From an uncultured euryarchaeote (GTDB lineage Archaea > Thermoplasmatota > Poseidoniia > Poseidoniales > Poseidoniaceae): a DNA stretch of 64,000 nucleotides. The stretch lies in assembly GCA_937899865.1 (NCBI GenBank), contig CALBRH010000044.1, positions 4,691-68,690 of the forward strand, given 5' to 3'. Shown piece after piece: positions 20,141 through 28,286 of this stretch. Position 1 is the first letter of the stretch, and every line of letters starts with the position of its first letter. The notes under the pieces were generated by a model that saw only the letters and a list, made by a program, of their open reading frames with translations, ran no database searches and had not been told where the DNA came from. The position numbers were made by a program, and so were the translations under genes.

Positions 20141-22152
20141 ATCCACGTAGAAATCGACTTTTAAGCGCGATAAAAAGCGCTCAAAACCATGTTCAATCTT
20201 CCAACATTTCGCAATTGGATGATGATGTAGATTCCAATAAAAGTAGTAAAATCCCTAAATCAAAACTTGCTCGTTTGTCTGGGAAATCGGTTATGCCACA
20301 AAAAAGGAAATCATTACTGTCACGTGTTGGAGTAAACAATAGGCCAACATTTGATTTAATTGCAGATGGTGTTTTAGGCGCTAATTCAGATGATTACCAG
20401 CCAAAAATCAAATTAAACAAGGGTAATGATGACATTTCAAGTTTGGTCGCAGAGCGAATCAAGAACCTTCGTGAACGAACCCTAAGTAAAATTTCTAGTG
20501 ACGCTCATTTTGCTGAAAGTTCATTTTTTGGCTTCGAAACAGATGGCACCCCAATATGGAGTAGTGTGGTTAGAGGTGCAAGAGATATTGACTCCAAAAT
20601 TCATCACCAAAATGATGATTCCTCGACAATAATACATCATCATTCAACCCATTTGCCAGTAATGATTGATTGGCCTAAAGAACTACAATTTTCATCTCAC
20701 AATACTTTCAAAAATTGGTCTACAGTTTCAGAAAATAAACGTGCTACTCAACTTGCTGAACAAGTAGTTGATTTTACACATCAATCATTGAATCCTCTGA
20801 TAATTATTGGCGAATCGGGAACTGGTAAATCACATCTCTTGAATGCAATTGGTCAAGCAGTAATGGTTCGAAATGACAAGAGCATATTTTTTATTCGTGG
20901 AGATGAATTACCTCAAGTATTGTCTCAACATAATAGTTGGACAGATGTTTTTTCGAACGCATCAATGTTGTTGATAGATGATATAGATGCATCATTAAAC
21001 GATGACAAAATTAGCAATTCTCTAGGCAATATGCTTGATACTGCATTAAACATGAATGTTCATGTCGTGGTATCTTCAAATAGCTTGCCTGATGAGTGGC
21101 CAGCATCTAACCTATGGGATTTGTTAAGAACAGGTGTTAAGACAATTCTAAATCGTGTTGGTGCAGGAAGTCTAATGCTATATGCGCGTCATTTAGCAAT
21201 GCAAAAGAATCTCATCTTGACTGACGAGCAATTAGCATTGATAGTAACCGATGGAGAGGTTGGTTGGAGAAGTACCAAGAATGGTCTTGATAAAGTGGAA
21301 TCAGCAGCAAATAATGGAATTAAATTAATTGATTCTGTTGATATATACAAGGTCATGAATGATATTCAAACAGATGAAGAAGAAAGTACAACTGAGATGC
21401 AAAGTGAAAGTGTTGAAGATATTGCAACTCGATTGATAAATTCAGTAGTTGATGTTGTCTATAGCGACCAACAATTAGGAGGTATAGAACTCAATACTGA
21501 ACTTCCTGAGTTGTCTGAAGATTACCAACCACCTGAATTTGACATAGATTCATTTAATTCTTCAGAGAAGGATTTTGTTCAAAATCATATCAATTCAACT
21601 TTGCAAGATTTGACTCCCGAAGCACCTTCTGTAATTGATGTAGATGATCGTGATAAACACCTTGTGGCAAAAATGACTCGGATTATTGAGCGTGACCATT
21701 CAATTGCTGCAGATATTCTGACTGATTTGGATATGGGGATTGATAGTAAGTTTGCAAATTCAGATGATATGATTACGGCAGAAACAGATCAGTTGATGAA
21801 CTTGAAATCTAAATTACTGAATCTTGCAGAAAGGACTTCAGATGCTTCAATAGAAGGCTTGATTGGAATTGCCGATGAATTAAGAGCATTGGAGCATGAA
21901 TTGGTAGCAATTGATTCTGAGCGGGATGAATTGCCCGAGTTTGTTGAAGATGAAATTGAAGATGGATTAGAAAGTTATATTCCACAAAACGAATGGAATA
22001 TTGATGGTTCACAAGTGTCGGTAAATGAATTAATAGATGATGAATCAATGATTACCCCGATTGAAGGTGTTTTAGAACCTCATCCGGAAGGTGTCTTGCA
22101 AACCTCAACCATTACTCCAGTTGAAAATGTTCTAAGTGGGGAAGAAGAATGA
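20137..22152 (+). CDS. DnaA/Hda-like AAA+ ATPase with basic N-terminal and highly acidic C-terminal extensions
   Basis: HNTFKNWSTVSENKRATQLAEQVVDF..NPLIIIGESGTGKSHLLNAIG (Walker A, 20809-20835), MLLIDDIDASL (Walker B, 20968-20988), VHVVVSSNSLPDEW. ATGA overlap with the upstream gene. Confidence 0.6.
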   Translation: MNPRRNRLLSAIKSAQNHVQSSNISQLDDDVDSNKSSKIPKSKLARLSGKSVMPQKRKSLLSRVGVNNRPTFDLIADGVLGANSDDYQPKIKLNKGNDDISSLVAERIKNLRERTLSKISSDAHFAESSFFGFETDGTPIWSSVVRGARDIDSKIHHQNDDSSTIIHHHSTHLPVMIDWPKELQFSSHNTFKNWSTVSENKRATQLAEQVVDFTHQSLNPLIIIGESGTGKSHLLNAIGQAVMVRNDKSIFFIRGDELPQVLSQHNSWTDVFSNASMLLIDDIDASLNDDKISNSLGNMLDTALNMNVHVVVSSNSLPDEWPASNLWDLLRTGVKTILNRVGAGSLMLYARHLAMQKNLILTDEQLALIVTDGEVGWRSTKNGLDKVESAANNGIKLIDSVDIYKVMNDIQTDEEESTTEMQSESVEDIATRLINSVVDVVYSDQQLGGIELNTELPELSEDYQPPEFDIDSFNSSEKDFVQNHINSTLQDLTPEAPSVIDVDDRDKHLVAKMTRIIERDHSIAADILTDLDMGIDSKFANSDDMITAETDQLMNLKSKLLNLAERTSDASIEGLIGIADELRALEHELVAIDSERDELPEFVEDEIEDGLESYIPQNEWNIDGSQVSVNELIDDESMITPIEGVLEPHPEGVLQTSTITPVENVLSGEEE

Positions 22153-22604
22153 GACATCCATGGTGGATGAGTGGCGTCAAATTTGCTTGTCAAACCAATT
22201 GTGGCAAATGCTGTGATGAGCCTGGAGGAATTGTATATTTGTCTACTCACGATGCCAAAAGAATTTCATCAAGTATGGATTTGACTGTCGAAGATTGGCT
22301 TGAAAGAGATTGTCAACGCACTTTGGATGGCAGATATATTTTGAAAAGCCGAGAATCTGATGGAATATGCATATATTTGAATGATGAAAAGACGTGTAAT
22401 ATTTATCACAACCGTCCCCAACAATGTGCTGCATATCCATGGTGGGGCGAGAATCTTGCTACTGAACGCTCTTGGCAGCAAACAAAACAGGAATGCCCAG
22501 GATTAACTGCGGAAGACGCTATAATTATCGATGGCAATACGATAAAAATTCATGTTCTTGCTGACAGACAGTCAACAAAAGGATTTAGAAAGTGGCCAAA
22601 CTAA
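22149..22604 (+). CDS. YkgJ-family CxxCxxCC zinc/iron-chelating domain protein
   Basis: CQTNCGKCCDEPGG...CIYL...CNIYHNRPQQCAAYPW pattern. ATGA overlap with the upstream gene. Confidence 0.65.
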   Translation: MRHPWWMSGVKFACQTNCGKCCDEPGGIVYLSTHDAKRISSSMDLTVEDWLERDCQRTLDGRYILKSRESDGICIYLNDEKTCNIYHNRPQQCAAYPWWGENLATERSWQQTKQECPGLTAEDAIIIDGNTIKIHVLADRQSTKGFRKWPN

Positions 22605-22613
22605 TGACTTATC

Positions 22614-22632
22614 TAATCAAATTGTTTGATTA
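22614..22632. promoter_or_regulatory. perfect palindrome TAATCAAA-TTG-TTTGATTA upstream of the citrate synthase promoter (TTTATA at 22647-22652)
   Basis: Read directly. 8-bp exact inverted arms with a 3-nt spacer. A TATA-like hexamer lies about 35 nt upstream of ATG 22687. Confidence 0.25.
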
Positions 22633-22686
22633 ATAAATAGGCCGCATTTATACCATAGTTATAACTCGGGTGTTTAGGTGGGGTTC

Positions 22687-23853
22687 ATGACCAATGAAAA
22701 AGTGCTTTGTGAAGTCACTGAAAATCATTTGAATACAGGTCTAAGAGGAATTCCTGTTGGAACTTGTAGAACCTCCTTTGTCACTCCAAGTGAAGGAGTT
22801 CATTACTGTGGATATCCAATTAGAGAATTAGTAGATTTCTCACCTGAGGATATAATTTATTTGTTATTCAATAAAGAACTTCCAAATCTTGAGCAATCTG
22901 CTCAATTTAAGGCTGATTTGTCATCAAGAGCAACCTTGCCAAATGGAGTGGAAGAAGTCCTCAAAACCCTGCCAAAGACTGGACATCCAATGGATTGGTT
23001 ATCGATTGGAATTCACGCACTTGGGATGTGTGATACAACAGAAAACTGGCTGGATGATGCCCTTAATCTAGTAGCAAGAATGCCTAGATTGATGGGTTTG
23101 ATTTTCCGTTATAGAGAAGGAAGAACATCAGACATACCAGTTGATGATGTTAGCAAATCATTAGTTGAAAGATTTGTTGAAACTTTAGATTTGGCTAATG
23201 TAGACAAAGCAAAAATGTCAAAAGTTGTCTCAACATATCTTGTTCTTCATATGGATCACGGTGGAGGTAATCTTTCCACATTTACTGGTAAATCAATTGC
23301 CTCAGGTAAAGCAACCGTTTATTCGGCAATTGCTGGGGCAATGAATGCACTTTCGGGACCTCTACATGGCAGAGCCAATCAATCATGTTTGGAGTTTGTC
23401 TTGAAAGTTGGTTCTAGTGATGAAGCTGAAGTTGAAAGATTTGTTCGAAATGAATTGTCAGAAGGACGTCCAGTGTTTGGCTTTGGCCACGCAGTATTAA
23501 GTGTCGAAGACCCAAGAGCAACAGCACAATTTGAGTTGGGCGAAAAGATATGTCCTGAAGATGAGAATTTTAAAATCATCAAGACACTTAGAAAAGTTGC
23601 GCCTCGAGTTTTGTCTGAAAACAAGAAAATTAGGAATCCTAATGCAAACGTAGACATTGCTAGCGGCGCTTTGTTACATCATGTTGGACTTAAAGATCCG
23701 ACTTATTATACAACCTTTTTCGGGTGGGCGAGAGTTGCTGGAATTGGTGCACAAATTGTTGATGAAAGAGTAAACATGCGTTCAGGAAAAGGAGTTCCAA
23801 TTTATCGTCCAAAATATTTCCCTGAAGGCCAGCAGTTAAGGCATATTGAGTGA
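22687..23853 (+). CDS. gltA: citrate synthase
   Basis: Typical citrate synthase blocks LVLHMDHGGGNLST, LSGPLHGRANQ, VFGFGHAVL..DPRA. ATG 22687 preferred over the GTG at 22678. Confidence 0.9.
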   Translation: MTNEKVLCEVTENHLNTGLRGIPVGTCRTSFVTPSEGVHYCGYPIRELVDFSPEDIIYLLFNKELPNLEQSAQFKADLSSRATLPNGVEEVLKTLPKTGHPMDWLSIGIHALGMCDTTENWLDDALNLVARMPRLMGLIFRYREGRTSDIPVDDVSKSLVERFVETLDLANVDKAKMSKVVSTYLVLHMDHGGGNLSTFTGKSIASGKATVYSAIAGAMNALSGPLHGRANQSCLEFVLKVGSSDEAEVERFVRNELSEGRPVFGFGHAVLSVEDPRATAQFELGEKICPEDENFKIIKTLRKVAPRVLSENKKIRNPNANVDIASGALLHHVGLKDPTYYTTFFGWARVAGIGAQIVDERVNMRSGKGVPIYRPKYFPEGQQLRHIE

Positions 23854-25002
23854 TTACATTACAGGTCTTTGAGTCTTTCCTGAACCTCTATGTCCGATTA
23901 ATCTAACCGCTTGCCATGGAGGCGAATTTTCTGAGTTAAATTCTGTTTTGGCACTATCATTTTTCCAATTCCATTTGTCTTGCCACATTTTTGTGAGTTC
24001 TAATTTTCGTTGTTTATCACACTCAGACCACTTAGGAACTTCTTTTTCTAAATCGCTTAAAATTTCTTTATGACTCTCAAATGATGCATTGTTCAATTTT
24101 TCTAATTGAATTTGATCCAATGGTTGTGTAGCAGGAAATCTCCATCTTGGTTTACCATCGTTATACCAAGTAAAATTCGGATCTAAATTATCAGTTAGCC
24201 CGGTTATTCCTGAACTTAGCAAACGGAATTCATAATTCTCTTTGGCAGGCCAAACATAAACTGGCATTCCAGTACGACATTTTTGAAAATAGTTCAAGCG
24301 TCTACCACTTAGCCCTACACTTTTACCAATTAGTAGACGATTATAGAATGGTTGAAAATATTCGATTGCACAAGGAACCATAGATGCGCCTCTTGTTTTA
24401 TGTTTGTTAATCAGTTTTCCAAATGGTGTGACAAGGTATTGTGGGTAAGCCATCATTCGTTTGAAGCGCCTTGAACCAATTCTTGGAACAACGGGAAGTA
24501 ATTCAGCCCAATTGTATTGACAATTTGATATTTTTACTGACTTATGCATTTTGTTATGAAATGCATAAAACACAACATTTGATTTAGGTATTTCAAACTC
24601 ATCAATTAACTTAGATGCTGAAGAAATCATTTCAGACAAAGTTTGAGTTAATTTAGCACCATCAAAATAGCCCCCGCCTTTGGGGGATTTGGGATGCGGT
24701 CGCTTTAGTTCCAAGCAAACCATTTTGCCTTCGTCATGCCAATTTTTCAGAATATCCTTATGTTCCAACATTTGACGAAATGAACAAAACCCAAAATCAT
24801 GTAACTCATCTAGTTCCCATGATTCAACATACGGATTGCGATTGTCTAGTAATTGCTTGTTTACTGAAACTTTGGCATCATGATGAATAATCAATTCATT
24901 ATCTGCAGTAAATCGCAAATCCAATTCTATTCCATCAGAATTAGATATGCCGTGGGCTAAACTTATCAAGGAATTTTCTGGTGGTTGCTGCCAGTCTGCC
25001 AC
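23854..25002 (-). CDS. glycerophosphodiester phosphodiesterase (GDPD)-like protein, atypical or permuted
   Basis: N-terminal PPENSLISLAHGISNSDGIELDLRFTADNELIIHHD matches the GDPD ENT...E-D...HD block. The leading HRG is replaced by ADW. A GHRGSG motif occurs at the extreme C-terminus instead. GTG start. Confidence 0.55.
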   Translation of the reverse strand: MADWQQPPENSLISLAHGISNSDGIELDLRFTADNELIIHHDAKVSVNKQLLDNRNPYVESWELDELHDFGFCSFRQMLEHKDILKNWHDEGKMVCLELKRPHPKSPKGGGYFDGAKLTQTLSEMISSASKLIDEFEIPKSNVVFYAFHNKMHKSVKISNCQYNWAELLPVVPRIGSRRFKRMMAYPQYLVTPFGKLINKHKTRGASMVPCAIEYFQPFYNRLLIGKSVGLSGRRLNYFQKCRTGMPVYVWPAKENYEFRLLSSGITGLTDNLDPNFTWYNDGKPRWRFPATQPLDQIQLEKLNNASFESHKEILSDLEKEVPKWSECDKQRKLELTKMWQDKWNWKNDSAKTEFNSENSPPWQAVRLIGHRGSGKTQRPVM

Positions 25003-25125
25003 AATTGTCGGTAGAGTAAATCATTGAAAACATGATGTGTCGCTTGATTGAAAATTCTTAGTAAAACGATTATTATTTGCTTATGTGGTGAAAAAGGATA
25101 TATTAGCAAAGGTATCGAGCGGGTT

Positions 25126-26559
25126 ATGAGTCCATACACAATCATGATGATACTGGTTGTGTTATTTACTCCAGTTGTATGCTGGCTTTTTTCACTTTCA
25201 CAAAAAGAACACAGGGTTCCATTGTCACAATGGGCTAAGGAATTTCACGAAAAGAGATATTATCTCCATGCAATGGGTTATTTGATTATTATTAAGTGGA
25301 AGCAAATTACTGACTTACTTAATGAACCAATTAAATCAGAAGTTGGTCATTGGACTGATTTAATTTATGCTATTGAAGGAGAATTTACCAAACACATTCA
25401 AGACTTCTTTCTAAATGATACCTTGACTGCTGTACTTAATTTCCATTATTTGTTCATTTACTTGTTTCTAATATATGTTACAACAGTATATTTTGCCTAT
25501 ACTGGTGATAGAGATATGACTGATAAAGTAGCATTAAATTACTTACTAATTTATGCTTTAGCAGTTCCATACTATCTATTCTTTAATGTTGAAGTAACGT
25601 CTTCGTGGATACCTGGAATGGAGGCACTATTGTATCATGATGGCGCATATACAGTGTTCTATGCAACACATGATCCACTTGATAATGCTGTGCCTTCATT
25701 ACATGTTGCAATTCCATTTGGAATATTAATGTTGAATTACCTACATGTCAAAGAAAATGGTGGCAAGATGAAAGATTGGCGTCATTATCATTATTTCATG
25801 TTCGTTTTAATTAATACAATATTATTCATGTTTTCAATTTTGTACCTTGGTATACACTGGTTTGTTGACATACCTTTAGGTTTGATAATTGGTGGTTTTG
25901 GAGCTTTATTTATTCACCATCTACAGCCTAGATTGCGAAATGATCATGGTTCATTTTTCAAAGGACTTGACAAATTTAAGATTAGAAAGCATGCCATTGT
26001 TGAGGGAATAATTGCCCTTGTAATGTTCACGCTTATTCTTATGGCAGTAAATGTCCAAGTTGAAAATTCAGATGATAGAGTATCTTTTAGATTAGGTCCT
26101 GAGGATTCAACCTATGAAATAATTCAAGAATTAAAGTATGGTGAGACAGTTGACTCAACCATAAAGAATTTGGATTCTAATTTAGTGCTTGAGATAGTTT
26201 ACATTCCGGTTGAAGAAAGTGCTAAAACTATGGAAAACGGCTCAATTGATTGGTCTTATATGGTAAGTGTTGGAGACCATTATGTTATACAACCGGGCGA
26301 ACAAATAGAGATTACAACTGATAGTTATTTGATATACAATTTGATAGTTATGCATAATCCAAGTACTAATTCTGGTGATGTGCTTGAGGTAAGTATCGTT
26401 AATGATTATCATGATGACAAAATGTTTAGAGCGATTATTTTATCAATTCCATCTTTATGGATGACTGCATTTGTATTGTATAGATTACAGCGATTGAGAG
26501 CAAATAAGCTCTCAATTCTTGATTCCTCACCATCACATTTGTGGTTCGAAGAAGAATAG
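25126..26559 (+). CDS. PAP2-superfamily membrane protein (IPC/sphingomyelin-synthase-like PAP2_3 type) with extra C-terminal domain
   Basis: DNAVPSLHVAIPFG and GIHWFVDIPLGLIIGG motifs. Many TM helices. Start set at ATG 25126 (MSPYTIMM) instead of TTG 25048. Confidence 0.55.
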   Translation: MSPYTIMMILVVLFTPVVCWLFSLSQKEHRVPLSQWAKEFHEKRYYLHAMGYLIIIKWKQITDLLNEPIKSEVGHWTDLIYAIEGEFTKHIQDFFLNDTLTAVLNFHYLFIYLFLIYVTTVYFAYTGDRDMTDKVALNYLLIYALAVPYYLFFNVEVTSSWIPGMEALLYHDGAYTVFYATHDPLDNAVPSLHVAIPFGILMLNYLHVKENGGKMKDWRHYHYFMFVLINTILFMFSILYLGIHWFVDIPLGLIIGGFGALFIHHLQPRLRNDHGSFFKGLDKFKIRKHAIVEGIIALVMFTLILMAVNVQVENSDDRVSFRLGPEDSTYEIIQELKYGETVDSTIKNLDSNLVLEIVYIPVEESAKTMENGSIDWSYMVSVGDHYVIQPGEQIEITTDSYLIYNLIVMHNPSTNSGDVLEVSIVNDYHDDKMFRAIILSIPSLWMTAFVLYRLQRLRANKLSILDSSPSHLWFEEE

Positions 26560-26593
26560 TGTCAATTATCACTAACCTACTACTGGGGGTATC

Positions 26594-27394
26594 ATGTCTG
26601 AGGATAGGAGCCTGCAAGATTCTGTTCAGAATCTGATTGATTCTCCTGGCGGACAAATAATCAATGATAGCGCTCAATTTTTGAGAAATAAAGCCAAATT
26701 GTTGTCATTTTTATTCATTATTAGTGTAGTAGCAGCATTCTCAATGACTAAATCGTTAGTATCATGGTTGATAGATGATACTCGCTTGCCTGAAGATGTC
26801 AACATTATAGTGACTTCACCAATCGAATTCATTCTACTTCAGTTTCAAATTGCGGTTAGTTTTGGATTAGTCGTTATCACAGTATATTTGATACTTGAGC
26901 TAGTTCGCAAGGGTTCTAAAAACGCAGCAATTAGAGAGAGATTAGCAGAATTGGAATTAAAGCCACCAAGGTTTAGTTTGGTATTTGTCACTACTGTTAT
27001 GGCAATAGTTACTCTAGGTATTGCTGGTTTAGTTTATTCTTGGAATTTTTTAACACCAATGATATTGCAATATCTAACTGATGATGCACAAAATGCTGGT
27101 TTAACTACTGAATGGCGATTATCAGGATATGTTGGCTTTATTGTCAATCTTGCATTAGCATGTATTGTTGGTTTCCAAGCACCAGTAGTTACCATTCTAA
27201 CGTTGCGTTTTGGCATTGCCACACGGCAACAGATTATGCAGTATCGCAAGCACATTTGGTTTACCGCATTTGTCTTAGGAGCATTCTTATCTCCTCCAGA
27301 TCCATTATCGCTATTTTTAGTTGCAATGCCGGTGGTTATTCTGTTTGAGTTGGCAATAATAATTGACAGGTTAACCAATATTTCAAACGCATAG
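26594..27394 (+). CDS. tatC: Sec-independent (Tat) translocase subunit TatC
   Basis: 266 aa with a six-TM pattern. Conserved C-terminal LSPPDPLSL and overall TatC-like layout. Confidence 0.8.
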   Translation: MSEDRSLQDSVQNLIDSPGGQIINDSAQFLRNKAKLLSFLFIISVVAAFSMTKSLVSWLIDDTRLPEDVNIIVTSPIEFILLQFQIAVSFGLVVITVYLILELVRKGSKNAAIRERLAELELKPPRFSLVFVTTVMAIVTLGIAGLVYSWNFLTPMILQYLTDDAQNAGLTTEWRLSGYVGFIVNLALACIVGFQAPVVTILTLRFGIATRQQIMQYRKHIWFTAFVLGAFLSPPDPLSLFLVAMPVVILFELAIIIDRLTNISNA

Positions 27395-28249
27395 TTGATT
27401 GATTGGAGTTGCCATATTTCCGGGACTTTGTCCGTAAGTTTGGCCATGGAAATCGGAGCCACAACTAACTTTCAATTTTAGTTCCCTGCAAACATTCCAT
27501 AATTCAAATCTATACTCGTCATTGTGGCTGCGATGAAATGCTTCAATCGAATCAATACCAATTTCTCGACAAAATTCACCTAACTCAAGTGGTGGTATGC
27601 CATAATACAATGGATGAGCAAGCGATGTCACTCCATTGCATAGTTTTACCATTTTGACAGCCTCATCAATACTTGGTTTAGGTTGCGCAACATGAGCAGG
27701 CAGTCCATCTCCAATCCATTTCTCAAAAGCCTCAGTTTTTGTTTCAACATATCCTTGCTCAACCATTGCTTCTGCAAGATGAGGTCGTCCAATTGAACCT
27801 CCAGCCTTTTTTGCTACTTCTTTAAAATCGATAGGCATGTTAAGTTCGTTAAGTTTAGCAATCATTTTTTTCATTCGAGGAATTCTATTGTTCTGTAATG
27901 GTTTGAGCCATTGTGCAAACAGTTTGGCTTTCTCACTTCCATGAAGTAGGTTGGGAAAGTAGGCTAACAAGTGCCATGATTTTGAGGCTCTTTCTCGACC
28001 ATGACGGGCAAGCTCCTCCGCATTAGGTTCAATGCCTCTTTCACAGGTAATTTCAACACCTGGTATGAAAGTAATTCCTAACTGTTTTGCATGTAATTCA
28101 GCACTTGGCCAGCCAGCAATAGTGTCATGATCGGTTAACGACCAAAATTTAACATCATTATTCTTCATCAACTGTGCAACAAATTCAACACTGTGCTCAC
28201 CATCACTATTTGTTGAGTGACTATGCAGGTCGTAATGCTGTGTCCACAC
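27383..28249 (-). CDS. PHP-domain metal-dependent phosphoesterase (TrpH/YciV-like)
   Basis: N-terminal YDLHSHSTNSDGEHS and later SLTDHDT, AHP, GSDFHG metal-ligand motifs. Confidence 0.8.
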   Translation of the reverse strand: MWTQHYDLHSHSTNSDGEHSVEFVAQLMKNNDVKFWSLTDHDTIAGWPSAELHAKQLGITFIPGVEITCERGIEPNAEELARHGRERASKSWHLLAYFPNLLHGSEKAKLFAQWLKPLQNNRIPRMKKMIAKLNELNMPIDFKEVAKKAGGSIGRPHLAEAMVEQGYVETKTEAFEKWIGDGLPAHVAQPKPSIDEAVKMVKLCNGVTSLAHPLYYGIPPLELGEFCREIGIDSIEAFHRSHNDEYRFELWNVCRELKLKVSCGSDFHGQTYGQSPGNMATPINQLCV

Positions 28250-28286
28250 AATTTATGCCAACTTGTTGACCCTAATGAACTTATGA

